The notes under the pieces: model-generated
The model's input: the letters and a program-made list of their open reading frames with translations, nothing else
Told to the model about the DNA's origin: nothing
Database searches by the model: none
Source: Geotalea uraniireducens Rf4
GTDB taxonomy: Bacteria; Desulfobacterota; Desulfuromonadia; Geobacterales; Geobacteraceae
Length of the DNA: 32,000 nt
Assembly: GCF_000016745.1 (NCBI RefSeq)
Contig: NC_009483.1
Coordinates: 1,710,001-1,742,000 of the forward strand
Direction: 5' to 3'
Translations under genes and position numbers: made by a program
In this document: one piece after another, positions 1 to 9,366 of the stretch
Layout: each line of letters starts with the position of its first letter
Numbering within the stretch: the stretch's first letter is position 1

Positions 1-1
1 T

Positions 2-232
2 TTTTCAGGTCCATGCCAAAGACATGATGATTGTTATGGATGTTCAGGTAAGCGACAAGGCAAAACTAAATCTCAGTGTGATCGGGATTTTCTAAATAAT
101 ATGCTGAACACCTGTAAGGGGTTGCAAGGTAAAGCCTATACTACGTGTGTAGGGGCTGCATATGTTTACTATGTTGCAGTATCTAGGGGAGGTGACAAAG
201 ACTTCGATAATGCCAGAAAATGTTGCCAGTAG
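2..232 (+). CDS. Window-truncated 3' end of a polymorphic-toxin (probably Rhs/YD-type) protein; Cys-rich C-terminal domain with phospholipase-A2-like motifs
   Basis: Frame 2 is open from the window edge to TAG 230-232. It is absent from the ORF track because it has no Met. Translation: FSGPCQRHDDCYGCSGKRQGKTKSQCDRDFLNNMLNTCKGLQGKAYTTCVGAAYVYYVAVSRGGDKDFDNARKCCQ*. There are 8 Cys in 76 aa. C-x-x-H-D-x-C-Y (nt 14-37) and C-D-R-D-F (nt 77-91) resemble the secreted PLA2 catalytic His/Asp motif and the distal CD motif. The region is AT-rich and is followed by a TM ORF and an Rhs-core stub. Confidence 0.5.
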   Translation, partial: FSGPCQRHDDCYGCSGKRQGKTKSQCDRDFLNNMLNTCKGLQGKAYTTCVGAAYVYYVAVSRGGDKDFDNARKCCQ

Positions 233-258
233 TTTTCTAAACTCGTATAGGACTTAAA

Positions 259-540
259 ATGAAACCATTCAAAGCAAATATATTGATTATCGCTGTTTAT
301 TTGACTTTATGTTTTGCATCATTGATATTCTTTATTGTTGATCAGCCCAATAAATTTTCCTCCATTTTCATTGTTTTGTTGACCTTTCCTTGGAGCTTCG
401 CGCTTACGGAAATATTATATCGGTCTGGGATTGCTATAAAAGGATTATTATTAAATAGTTGCGTTTTCGTTATATTTACATTCCTCAATTCCTTGCTCCT
501 AAATATTTTTATAAAGTTGATTTGGACAAAAAAGGATTGA
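259..540 (+). CDS. Small 3-TM membrane protein, candidate immunity protein for the upstream toxin domain
   Basis: 93-aa ORF starting 27 nt after the toxin stop. Three hydrophobic segments (ANILIIAVYLTLCFASLIFFIV, SSIFIVLLTFPWSFALTEILY, LLLNSCVFVIFTFLNSLLLNIFIKLIW). Very AT-rich, like the toxin tail. The toxin-then-small-ORF order is typical of toxin/immunity pairs. Confidence 0.5.
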   Translation: MKPFKANILIIAVYLTLCFASLIFFIVDQPNKFSSIFIVLLTFPWSFALTEILYRSGIAIKGLLLNSCVFVIFTFLNSLLLNIFIKLIWTKKD

Positions 541-571
541 GTTACAGCTATTGCCTTGTTTCTTGCCTTTC

Positions 572-751
572 AAAGAAGCTTATGCAGAAACCAGCTACAC
601 ATCTACCGGAAGGGAGTGGGACAGGGAGACCGGGCTGTATTACTACCGGGCGAGATACTATGATCCCATGGAAGGATGATTCATTTATTTCTCATGGGAA
701 TTATTGAGGGCCTGCACGGAGAACATGTGCTTAGATTTGCCCTTAAGATAA
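572..751 (+). pseudogene. Orphan Rhs/YD-repeat core C-terminal fragment with an in-frame TGA at the conserved Arg position
   Basis: Frame 2, nt 572-676, reads KEAYAETSYTSTGREWDRETGLYYYRARYYDPMEG. TGA 677-679 sits exactly where Rhs cores read ...YYDPxxGRF.... The frame then continues FIYFSWELLRACTENMCLDLPLR* to 751. There is no start codon and no upstream YD repeats. Confidence 0.65.
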
Positions 752-840
752 GTGCCCCAATGTATCTATTAGCAATCATTTCTTTAATACGGCAGAAAAC
801 AGGAGCATCCAAGATAAGAAAAGAAAAATAGGGAGATAAC

Positions 841-1944
841 ATGAGCAGGATCATTAACCTAGCTATTCTCGTTACAGTCTTTTACTTGTCACAAACCGTT
901 CTCTGTTCTGCAATTGAACCTGACGGACGCATCGCCCGTGAGGCACTGGGGAAAGAGGTCGTATCGTTTATTCAGATAAAGGACTACAAAAAACTTGAAG
1001 ACATGGCAAATCGGTTTCGCGACAAAAAGGAACGTTTTCCTGATGGTGCCTGGAAATTACATGCATTCTACAAAGGAATCGATGAACCGGGATTCAAAAC
1101 CGACCAGGAGTGGCTTGATCTCATAAAGCATATCGAACTGTGGGAAGTTAACTATCCCAACTCGCCGACACCAAAGCTGGCTCTAGCAGCCGCATGGAAG
1201 GGGTACGGGTGGTACGCGCGGGGGACCAATTTTCAGGTCAAGCCGGGTGGCGCCTCCAAGTTGAAGGAGAGGATGGATCAGACGCGGAAAATTCTGAGCA
1301 ACAAGGAAGTGGTTCGGTCATGTCCCCATTATTATGACCTTAAGCTGCAAATGGCAACCGCAGATGGTGTTTCACGGGAAGAGTTCGAGTTGCGTTTCAA
1401 GGATGCACTCGCCTTTGAGCCGGGCTATCACGGCTACTACGCAGCTGCGATCAACTACTATGCCGACGAATGGTATGGTGAGACGGGTGAATGGGTGCGC
1501 CAGCTCAAACGGTTTGATGACATTGCGCCAAAAAACGAAGGCGTTTACGCCCGATTGGGTTACGGTATGATGCCCAAGAACTGGAAAAGCTTTGACGAAG
1601 GAAAGGTTACCTGGGAGCGGATGAAGCATTCTCTGGAGCAGTTGCCGCAAGGTTCGCCTTGGGTGCTTAATATGCGGGCTGCTCTGGCGTGCCAGGCGGG
1701 CGATATGACGACAGCTCGACCACTTATCGAGAAGATCGGAGAGACCCCTTACTATAAGGCATGGAAAGAAGTCAAATATGATAAGTGTCGGGAAATGGCC
1801 GGGCTGAAGAAAATCGGTTGGAACGATTCGATGGAATACCATTATTTGAAGCTGTTGGCTGAGCGCGGCAATGTTTGGGCACAGACGACGTTGGAAACAA
1901 ATATACGGAACGGCATGGTTGGCTATCCGCGTAAGGGGCAATGA
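841..1944 (+). CDS. Exported helical-repeat protein (signal peptide; single Sel1/TPR-like C-terminal motif; possibly DUF4034-like)
   Basis: 367-aa ORF with GGGAG RBS 6-10 nt upstream. N-terminus MSRIINLAILVTVFYLSQTVLCSA looks like a signal peptide. Trp/Tyr-rich helical sequence; C-terminal LKLLAERGNVWAQTTL resembles a Sel1 repeat. The family assignment is tentative. Confidence 0.7.
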   Translation: MSRIINLAILVTVFYLSQTVLCSAIEPDGRIAREALGKEVVSFIQIKDYKKLEDMANRFRDKKERFPDGAWKLHAFYKGIDEPGFKTDQEWLDLIKHIELWEVNYPNSPTPKLALAAAWKGYGWYARGTNFQVKPGGASKLKERMDQTRKILSNKEVVRSCPHYYDLKLQMATADGVSREEFELRFKDALAFEPGYHGYYAAAINYYADEWYGETGEWVRQLKRFDDIAPKNEGVYARLGYGMMPKNWKSFDEGKVTWERMKHSLEQLPQGSPWVLNMRAALACQAGDMTTARPLIEKIGETPYYKAWKEVKYDKCREMAGLKKIGWNDSMEYHYLKLLAERGNVWAQTTLETNIRNGMVGYPRKGQ

Positions 1945-2043
1945 TTTCAATTTGCCGTTGAACACGCTTTGATTTTTCGCCGTATCAAGTGGCGATGAGT
2001 TTCAATGTTGCGATTACCTGGTGTGGTTCCAAGGAGTGGGCAT

Positions 2044-3195
2044 ATGAAAAAGACCGGGCTTATGTTGACGATTTTCCTTCTTTTGGCGGCGATGTTCTTC
2101 TCTTTGAAGACAGCTTTTGCCTCAACGGACGGCTTCTATAACCTCTCGGAAGTCACCTCCACCTGGGAAGGCACGGACGCCAGCCGGACCAAGTCACCGA
2201 CTGCCGATTACGATTACACCTACGGCGACGAGTCGAACCTCAGCTATAACCTCCCCTGGTCATTCAATTTCTACGGACAACCCTACAGTCAGATCAATGT
2301 AGACACCAACGGTAACGTCTGGTTCGGCGCCACCGGCTCCGCCCACTCCTTCAACCTCACTAATACCGGCCGAGGCGCCGTCATCGCAGCCTGGAATAAC
2401 GATCTCTCCTCTTACTACTACGGCGGCGTCTTTGTCCAGCACAAGACCAACCCCGAGCGGGTAGTAATTGAGTGGCAGACGGAGACGTACACCGAAGAAG
2501 GCTTTCATCGGCCAAATACTTTCGAGGTTGTTCTCTTCCCCGATGGCTCGATCAGGATGGACTACAAGTCCTTCAGTACTACAAATGGAGACGATTTTGG
2601 TTCTGGAATTTCCAATAGTAACGGCGCAAACTTCATCTCCAATTCTTCCGCTTATGGCAGCGCATTTACCCTGACGGGCCGTTCCTTCCAGGTTACTGAA
2701 ACAACCGATCCCGCCGTGATTGTCGCCCCTGTCATATCCCCCATCAACGTTACCATTCAGACCATCAGCGGTACTACGCGCGGCTTCATCAACGGAGCGG
2801 CAATAACTGTTTCCGTTGATACTTCAGCGACCATAGGACCTGTGATTTATCCGACTTCCACCACTTGGAGATTTACCGCCAGCGGACTTACAGAAGGGAC
2901 CAACAATATCTCTGTCTCGGCAACTGATGCCAATGGTAACCCGGTGACCAGTACCGTCCCGGTCTTTATCGATACCATTCCTCCCACCGTGCAGATTCTC
3001 TCACCTGTGGGAGTTGTTAACAAGTTTCCTGTTGTCAATTACACGGTGAGTGATGGAACCGTGACGGTAACTGTGGACGGGGAAATGGTACATAAGGTTT
3101 CAGGTGACCATCTCGATCCATTGCCTACCGGTGGCCATATGCTCCGTGTGGAAGCCCGAGACTTGGCGGGCAATGTTGGTTTCGCAGATTCTTAG
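2044..3195 (+). CDS. N-terminal part of a giant surface/adhesin-like protein (signal peptide, NIDO-like beta-sandwich, Ig-like domain, first Ig-like module), ended by in-frame TAG
   Basis: AAGGAG RBS at 2030-2035, then ATG 2044 (the ORF track starts at 2005). MKKTGLMLTIFLLLAAMFFSLKTAFA is a signal peptide. The motif WSFNFYGQPYSQINVDTNGNVWF is NIDO-like. The frame ends at TAG 3193-3195 inside a repeated module. Confidence 0.8.
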   Translation: MKKTGLMLTIFLLLAAMFFSLKTAFASTDGFYNLSEVTSTWEGTDASRTKSPTADYDYTYGDESNLSYNLPWSFNFYGQPYSQINVDTNGNVWFGATGSAHSFNLTNTGRGAVIAAWNNDLSSYYYGGVFVQHKTNPERVVIEWQTETYTEEGFHRPNTFEVVLFPDGSIRMDYKSFSTTNGDDFGSGISNSNGANFISNSSAYGSAFTLTGRSFQVTETTDPAVIVAPVISPINVTIQTISGTTRGFINGAAITVSVDTSATIGPVIYPTSTTWRFTASGLTEGTNNISVSATDANGNPVTSTVPVFIDTIPPTVQILSPVGVVNKFPVVNYTVSDGTVTVTVDGEMVHKVSGDHLDPLPTGGHMLRVEARDLAGNVGFADS

Positions 3196-3240
3196 TTCAC
3201 AATTGACGGAACACCGCCGACAGTCACTATTACCTCACCA

Positions 3241-6200
3241 GTGACAGGACTTACCAATAACAGGACCCCGCTCCTTAGCTATACTATAAGTGATGGTACG
3301 ACGGTAGTGAAGCTTGACGGTAAGGTCATTACTACTTCATCAGGAGGGTTTCTCGATCCGCTTGTTGACGGCCCGCACGTTTTGCGGGTAGAGGCTGCCG
3401 ATGACGTGGGCAATATGGCTTACCGCGAGGTCAAATTCGCCGTCGATGCCACGCCTCCGGGACCGGAGAATTCCGGAACTTCGAGAATATCAGCATCCTA
3501 CCATACCGCAGAAGTAAAAAACGATGGTACTCTCTGGACTTGGGGAGCTAACTGGTCCGGCCAACTGGGTGATGGCACATATAACAACAGAAATTACCCG
3601 ATGCAGATAGGAACCGACACGAACTGGACTGTTGTTGCTGCGGGTGAACGGCATTCGATTGCCTTAAGGTCGGATGGCACACTTTGGGCATGGGGAGACA
3701 ATTCATCAGGACAATTGGGAGATCCAAAAATCGGCATTGGCACGTCGACACCACAGCAGATAGGAGCCAGTGCGGATTGGGTAGCCATTGCCGCTGGTGC
3801 ATATCACTCACTTGCACTGAAAACAGACGGTTCTTTATGGGCCTGGGGCAGTGGCTGGTCTGGACAACTGGAGATGGCCTCAGACCAGAGTGACACGCCG
3901 CTCCAGATCGACAGTGAATCACGCTGGGTTGCCATTGCGGCAGGCTACACCCATTCAGTTGCTATCAAATCAGACGGCACGTTATGGGCCTGGGGAGACA
4001 ACTCAAGCGGGCAATTGGGGGATGGTACCTATGACGGCAGCAACATTCCTGTTCAAGTTGGTGGTGACACCAATTGGATTGCCATCTCGGCGGGCATGTC
4101 GCATACCGTTGCCATAAAGTCAGACGGTTCCCTGTGGGGGTGGGGTGGGAACTGGTCGGGCCAATTGGGGACCGGCACTAACGATTCCCAAAATATTCCG
4201 ACACGGATAGACATCGCCAACGATTGGCGCTCCGTGGCCGCCGGTGATGAACACACGATCGCACTGAAGACGGATGGAACCATGTGGGCTTGGGGGAATA
4301 ATATTTATGGTCAAGTGGGTGACGGGACCCAGGAAAACAGGTTGTTCCCAATTCAAATAGGGAAAGATAGCCTGTGGAGTTTAATTTCGACTGGTGGCTA
4401 CAACTCCCTGGCAGTAAAAGCAGACGGAACTTTGTGGATATGGGGACCCAATTCAAACGGAGAAACAAACGAAGCAATCATGATCCCTGCAAAACAGCAA
4501 ATAGCCGCTGTTTCGATTAATGATGGAGCTGATGCAACAAATTTCCCGAACGTGAAACTCCGATTCAATGTTACTGACAAAAGCGGTGTCGCCGAGATGC
4601 AGTTCAGCGAGGATGGCAGCAATTGGTCAACCCCGGAACCGTTTGCATATGTGAAAGACTGGACATTGAGCGGCGATTACGGGCCTAAGACGGTTTATGT
4701 GAAATTTAAGGATAATGCCGGCAACTGGTCTGACGCGTTCGGCGCTACGATTAACTATACTTACGGGCCAATCGTTACGATCACATCACCGGTTAACGGA
4801 CTTACCTATAAAGCACCTTTGTTAACCTATACAGCAACCAATGGCGCGGTAACTGTAATAATCGACGGCCAACAGGCTCAGAAATTTTATGGGGATGTTC
4901 TTGATAATTTGACCGATGGCTCGCATACGGTACGAGTCGAATCTTTAGATGAGGCGGGCAATTCCGGCTTTGCTGAAGTGTCGTTCATCATCGACGCCAC
5001 TCCACCGGATATTTCCATTATTTCGCCCGCAGCCGGCAGTGTTATCAACAATCCCGCACAGGTACTTAGCTATACGGTAAGTGACGGGTATGAGGTAATG
5101 AAAATTGACGGCGTCAGGACGTCGTTGGTTGCCGGTAATACGCTAGGTTTACTTGCTAATGGTCCTCATACCGTAAGTGTGGAAGCTACTGATGTCTCAG
5201 GTAACAAGAATAGTGCCGAGGCTGCATTTACCGTTGACTTCCCGCCTCCATCAGTATCTATAAGTTCGCCAGCGAACAATTCGCTTTCCAATAACGTAAG
5301 GCCGCAGCTTGCCTATGAAGTGAGCTATGGAACAGTTTTAGTCAAGGTAGACGGGATAACGGTCAGCAAGACTTCCGGTGATCTTCTAGATGCATTGACC
5401 GATGGCAGACACACGGTGAGCGTGGAAGCGACCAATGCGAGTGGCGTTGCAGGATATGCTGATGTGACTTTTGTAGTCGATACGACTCCACCGATTCTTG
5501 TCACACCAACGGTGAAAGCCGCTTCAGGCTACCATACCGTTGTCATACAAAAGGATGGAAGTCTATGGACCTGGGGGGCAAACTGGAATGGCGAACTTGG
5601 GGACGGCACTACCGAGGACAAATTGTCACCGGTTCATATTGGTATGGGTACCGATTGGGCAGACGCAGTTGTCGGCGAAGAACATACTGTAGCTTTGAAA
5701 AAGGATGGCGGCCTCTGGGCATGGGGCTATAACGGTGATGGTGAATTGGGTGACGGCACTACCGACGGCAAGCTAACGCCAGTGAGAATTGGATTTGATA
5801 ATGACTGGTCAGCTTTAGCCGCAGGAAGTTACTATACCCTTGCCCTGAAAAAGAACGGTACCTTGTGGGGTTGGGGGTATAACGGTTATGGAGGACTGGG
5901 TGACGGCAGTAAAACCGATAAATGGGAGCCTGTCCAGATCAACGCCGATGCCGACTGGGTTGCCATAGCGGCGAGCGATACGGATCATACCGTAGCCCTA
6001 AAATCGGATGGTTCGCTCTGGGCTTGGGGGCAAAACAATTATGGTCAAGTGGGTGACGGCACGAATATAGACAAGGAGTCTCCCGTCAGGATCGCCATCG
6101 ATACCGACTGGAAGTCAATCTCCGCCGGTGCCGGATTTACCATGGCCATTAAAACTGACGGCACTCTCTGGGCATGGGGGAGAAATAGTAATGGCCAATT

Positions 6201-9000
6201 AGGTGATGGCTCAAGGCTCAATAGGGCTCTGCCGGCTAGGGTCGGCAGTGACACTGACTGGACTCAGGTGTATGCTGGTTGGGGGCATGTGGTCGCCACG
6301 AAAACGGACGGTTCCCTATGGACCTGGGGAGCAAACTACTCTAGTCAGCTTGGCGACGGTACTTATGAGCGTAAGTTGTTACCAGAAAACTCTGGTATCA
6401 ATAACGTTCTGTCAGTGGCTACCCTCAAAGAAGACAGCACTGTTGTCATCAAGTCAGGCGGAGTCCTCTGGGGGTGGGGATATAATGGAGATGGAGAGCT
6501 TGGGAGCGGTACCAACGAAGATATAGTTATACCAATCCCGATACTGGTGCCAAGCGGTAAAGGATTGTTAATAAATCAAGGGGCCTCGTCAACCGCTTCC
6601 ACCTCGGTTGTCCTGAATTATGTGGCCGTTGATCGGAACGGCGTTGCCGAGATGCAGTTCAGCAATGACGGAATCAATTGGACTAATCCCGAACCCTACG
6701 CAGCAAGCAAAACGTGGGAACTTCCTGCCGGCAACGGGACGAAGATAGTCTACGCCCGGTTTAAGGACAGCGCCGGCAACTGGTCACTGCCGTTCAGCGG
6801 TACTATTGAACTGGATGCCGTTCCCCCGGTTGTGTCCATTGGCATGCCGGTCGATGGCAACTTTTATAATTCGCCCCCAACGGTAATCTACTCCGCAAGT
6901 AACGGCACAGTAACAGTTGAGCTGGACGGGATTCCCGTAACATTATCATCAGGTCAACAGCTGCCGGCACTTGCCGACGGTCTGCATACGTTGAAGGTTA
7001 GGGCGGTAAACGGGGCCGGGAGCGGTGAAGCCAGCGTTTCCTTCTCGATAGATACATTATCGCCGGTTGTCACTATCGCATCCCCGGTCGATTACAGCAG
7101 GACCAGCACGCCGCTCCTGAGCTATACCCTCAATGAAGGGACGTCGGTGGTCAAGCTCGACGGCGCGGTCATCGCCAAAGTTTCCGGCGACACCCTTGGG
7201 CCGCTCGCCGACGGCAGCCACACGGTCAGCATCGAGGCAACAGACGTGGCGGGAAACCCTGCTGCCGCTACCAGCACCTTTGTGATTGACACCGTCCCGC
7301 CAGCGCTCACACTAAACCCGGTAACCACACCGACATCAGTTGCGAGCCAGACCATAGGCGGCACCGTGGAGGCGGGCGCTCTGGTGACTGTGACCACAAA
7401 CACCGCTGCTACAATCGGCACGGTAACCTATCCGACCACCACTACCTGGGAATGCACAATCTCAAATCTTGCCGGACGCAACTACTTTCATGTCAGGGCA
7501 ACAGATGCGGCAGGCAATAGTCGCAATTCGACTACCATCATTATTTATTCCAGGAAAATTGAGATCACCCTTTCACCTGCTGCAATCGCCGCAGACTACA
7601 AAGGGACCGTTGGCATAACCATCAGTGGCATATCTCCCGTAGGAGGAGAAGTACTCGTCGAGCAATTTGTCGATGCTAATAATAACGGCGTTATTGATGC
7701 CGGTGACTATGTGGTTCGCTCATTCCGGGTAACCGATGGCGCATACAACAGCGTACAGTGGGACGAAGACTACACTGCCAATGGCTCTATAACGACATCC
7801 TTCGATTATTTCCTTGTAAATGATCTCTATCATGCACCAGGTAACTATATTTTCAGGGCGTCAAATGTGATAACTGCATCAGTGCCCTTCACCGTGACCC
7901 CTACAAGTCAGGCAACAACCATTTCCGGTACCGTGACCGATGGTACAAATCCGATTCCAGGCGCCATAATACGGGTATTCGACAAGTCGTTTCGGCCACG
8001 TGCATGTGCAATAACAGATTCAACCGGTGGGTACACCTTAAAAGTCAGAGGAACCTATTGTATTGTTGCCGTTAAGAATGGATATGCAATAAACAATGCG
8101 ACCATATTAACTCCCCTTGCTACAAGCCAGGATGTCACTATTCATAATATCGTATTAACACCAGGAGACTTCCATTTATCAGGTCGGGTAATTGGCGCAG
8201 ATGGTAACGGAATTGGTGGAATCTGGCTCGAAGCAAAGAGTCCGGATCATACAGGCGCAACGATCACCGCCTCTGATGGTTCTTATGAACTTCTCCTTCC
8301 TGCAGGGGTATATGAATTCCCTATGGCAACCGATATCACTGTACCGAATTTGCCCAGCCACGGGTACCTTGTTTCCGGTAAACCGCTGTACTCAAAAGAG
8401 TATTCATTGCCTCTTTATCAAGATCAACTGAATACTGATATTTATCCAATTCCAACGTCTAGCTTAATTGTTGGTAGAGTGGCAGATCAAATGGATATGG
8501 GCATACCTGGTATGATGGTGAAAGCCAAATTATTAGATTATGATTTTGCTGAGCCCATATCGTATGGGGTCACAGATGCTAACGGCGTCTTCAATATAAA
8601 CGTTGCATATTATGGCAACTGGACCCTAACTCCGAACGGCCTTCTAACCCAGCCTTCATATGTGGGAACCGTGATTCCAACCATTCCAGCAAATCCAGCT
8701 TATGGAGAGCTTGCTGACTTAACAGCTTATCCTGTAACGACGCATGTGAAAGGTTTTGTGAAAGACTCAAACAGCACCCCAATTCCCGGTGTAGTGGTAA
8801 AGCTTCGAAATGCAGATTCATCAATAGTCATTACTTGCAAGACAGCTTATGACGGATCTTATACTCTTGATGGTTTTGCAGGTGATTGGTTTATTGATGC
8901 ATTAACAGAAGATTTGGGGTATACGGATGTTACAGAAAATAGTGTTTCTCTGAGCAATGGAGTAATTCTGGTAGACTTTGTTGTAAATGCTCTACCTTGA
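3241..9000 (+). CDS. Distal part of the same giant protein: 2x RCC1 7-blade propeller, 6 further Ig-like modules, EF-hand/dockerin-like Ca loop, 4 CarboxypepD_reg-like domains
   Basis: Same frame as 2044-3195, and open from 3196. Nt 3196-3240 encode [15 protein letters not shown], which completes the module cut by the TAG. RCC1 signature xLWxWGxNxxGQLGDGT occurs 14 times. Modules of the form SPxxG...YTxSDG..V.xDG...H.V.VEA.D.AGN occur 7 times in total. [12 protein letters not shown] (nt 7669-7704) is a 12-residue Ca-loop consensus. [21 protein letters not shown]-type domains lie at roughly 7915-8900. Confidence 0.85.
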   Translation: MTGLTNNRTPLLSYTISDGTTVVKLDGKVITTSSGGFLDPLVDGPHVLRVEAADDVGNMAYREVKFAVDATPPGPENSGTSRISASYHTAEVKNDGTLWTWGANWSGQLGDGTYNNRNYPMQIGTDTNWTVVAAGERHSIALRSDGTLWAWGDNSSGQLGDPKIGIGTSTPQQIGASADWVAIAAGAYHSLALKTDGSLWAWGSGWSGQLEMASDQSDTPLQIDSESRWVAIAAGYTHSVAIKSDGTLWAWGDNSSGQLGDGTYDGSNIPVQVGGDTNWIAISAGMSHTVAIKSDGSLWGWGGNWSGQLGTGTNDSQNIPTRIDIANDWRSVAAGDEHTIALKTDGTMWAWGNNIYGQVGDGTQENRLFPIQIGKDSLWSLISTGGYNSLAVKADGTLWIWGPNSNGETNEAIMIPAKQQIAAVSINDGADATNFPNVKLRFNVTDKSGVAEMQFSEDGSNWSTPEPFAYVKDWTLSGDYGPKTVYVKFKDNAGNWSDAFGATINYTYGPIVTITSPVNGLTYKAPLLTYTATNGAVTVIIDGQQAQKFYGDVLDNLTDGSHTVRVESLDEAGNSGFAEVSFIIDATPPDISIISPAAGSVINNPAQVLSYTVSDGYEVMKIDGVRTSLVAGNTLGLLANGPHTVSVEATDVSGNKNSAEAAFTVDFPPPSVSISSPANNSLSNNVRPQLAYEVSYGTVLVKVDGITVSKTSGDLLDALTDGRHTVSVEATNASGVAGYADVTFVVDTTPPILVTPTVKAASGYHTVVIQKDGSLWTWGANWNGELGDGTTEDKLSPVHIGMGTDWADAVVGEEHTVALKKDGGLWAWGYNGDGELGDGTTDGKLTPVRIGFDNDWSALAAGSYYTLALKKNGTLWGWGYNGYGGLGDGSKTDKWEPVQINADADWVAIAASDTDHTVALKSDGSLWAWGQNNYGQVGDGTNIDKESPVRIAIDTDWKSISAGAGFTMAIKTDGTLWAWGRNSNGQLGDGSRLNRALPARVGSDTDWTQVYAGWGHVVATKTDGSLWTWGANYSSQLGDGTYERKLLPENSGINNVLSVATLKEDSTVVIKSGGVLWGWGYNGDGELGSGTNEDIVIPIPILVPSGKGLLINQGASSTASTSVVLNYVAVDRNGVAEMQFSNDGINWTNPEPYAASKTWELPAGNGTKIVYARFKDSAGNWSLPFSGTIELDAVPPVVSIGMPVDGNFYNSPPTVIYSASNGTVTVELDGIPVTLSSGQQLPALADGLHTLKVRAVNGAGSGEASVSFSIDTLSPVVTIASPVDYSRTSTPLLSYTLNEGTSVVKLDGAVIAKVSGDTLGPLADGSHTVSIEATDVAGNPAAATSTFVIDTVPPALTLNPVTTPTSVASQTIGGTVEAGALVTVTTNTAATIGTVTYPTTTTWECTISNLAGRNYFHVRATDAAGNSRNSTTIIIYSRKIEITLSPAAIAADYKGTVGITISGISPVGGEVLVEQFVDANNNGVIDAGDYVVRSFRVTDGAYNSVQWDEDYTANGSITTSFDYFLVNDLYHAPGNYIFRASNVITASVPFTVTPTSQATTISGTVTDGTNPIPGAIIRVFDKSFRPRACAITDSTGGYTLKVRGTYCIVAVKNGYAINNATILTPLATSQDVTIHNIVLTPGDFHLSGRVIGADGNGIGGIWLEAKSPDHTGATITASDGSYELLLPAGVYEFPMATDITVPNLPSHGYLVSGKPLYSKEYSLPLYQDQLNTDIYPIPTSSLIVGRVADQMDMGIPGMMVKAKLLDYDFAEPISYGVTDANGVFNINVAYYGNWTLTPNGLLTQPSYVGTVIPTIPANPAYGELADLTAYPVTTHVKGFVKDSNSTPIPGVVVKLRNADSSIVITCKTAYDGSYTLDGFAGDWFIDALTEDLGYTDVTENSVSLSNGVILVDFVVNALP
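3484..4490 (+). repeat. RCC1-like 7-bladed beta-propeller 1 (intragenic protein repeats)
   Basis: Seven blades marked by TLWTWG, TLWAWG, SLWAWG, TLWAWG, SLWGWG, TMWAWG and TLWIWG, each followed by xNxxGQLGDG. Confidence 0.85.
5512..6540 (+). repeat. RCC1-like 7-bladed beta-propeller 2 (intragenic protein repeats)
   Basis: Seven blades marked by SLWTWG, GLWAWG, TLWGWG, SLWAWG, TLWAWG, SLWTWG and VLWGWG, with GELGDGT/GQVGDGT loops. Confidence 0.85.
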
Positions 9001-9058
9001 TTTTGCGCCTCTTATATTTTTTGTAAGCTTTGACGGGCGGACCATAAAAAACAATCAA

Positions 9059-9092
9059 GGACCTGGCTGACGAGCGCCGGGTCCTTTTTTGT
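9059..9092 (+). terminator. Rho-independent terminator after the giant gene
   Basis: GGACCTGGC-(8 nt)-GCCGGGTCC gives a 9-bp stem with one G:U pair, followed by TTTTTTGT. Confidence 0.7.
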
Positions 9093-9115
9093 CTCAGGCG
9101 TTGCTGATGCAAAAA

Positions 9116-9145
9116 TTGACGGAGATTCTGCGCTCGTGGTATGTT
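9116..9145 (+). promoter_or_regulatory. Duplicated copy of the exeA-like promoter, now pointing into the island
   Basis: TTGACG (9116-9121), 18-nt spacer, TATGTT (9140-9145). Identical to 20134-20163. Confidence 0.35.
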
Positions 9146-9269
9146 ATCATCCTCTGAGAGTTTCTGGTCTGCGTTTCGGCGTTATTCGTGTAAATTCGAG
9201 CCTCCCAACCATATCAGTCTCTTACGACTTGAGTCGTTACAATATGTGAGCAAAACTGAACTGCAATAG

Positions 9270-9366
9270 CACACGGATTTAACGGATTTACACGGATTTT
9301 TTTAGCAAGATTTTTTATTTAAGTCTTATCCGTGATAATCCGTCAAAATCAGATTTTATCCGTGTG
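9270..9366. repeat. 97-bp inverted array of helically phased CACGGAT(TT) heptamers (MITE/REP-like)
   Basis: ACGGATTT at 9273, 9282 and 9292. The inverse ATCCGT is at 9328, 9338 and 9358, with a degenerate copy at 9348. Termini are CACACGGAT / ATCCGTGTG. Confidence 0.75.

Larger units (their letters stand above)
9048..9210 (+). repeat. Left copy of a 163-bp direct repeat bracketing the TA/R-M island
   Basis: Matches 20066-20228 at 161/163 positions. The mismatches are at 9101 (T vs C) and 9181 (G vs A). It contains a terminator hairpin and a sigma70-like promoter. Confidence 0.95.

Noticed and set aside
459-707. An 82-aa ORF from the track overlapping the end of the immunity ORF and the Rhs stub.
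   Set aside because: The recognisable signal (GLYYYRARYYDP) is in a different frame. This ORF is a by-product of the AT-rich region.
3193-3195. The possibility that the in-frame TAG is decoded as pyrrolysine or otherwise programmed.
   Set aside because: There are no pyl genes or recoding signals in the window. Paralogous modules have ordinary Ser, Lys or Thr at this position. A point mutation or a sequencing error is the simpler reading, and I cannot exclude either without the whole genome.
9270-9366. Short regularly spaced repeats here and at 28465-28594, considered as a possible CRISPR array.
   Set aside because: The repeat units are only 7-10 bp with no spacers of CRISPR size. The two halves are mutually inverted, and no cas genes are present.
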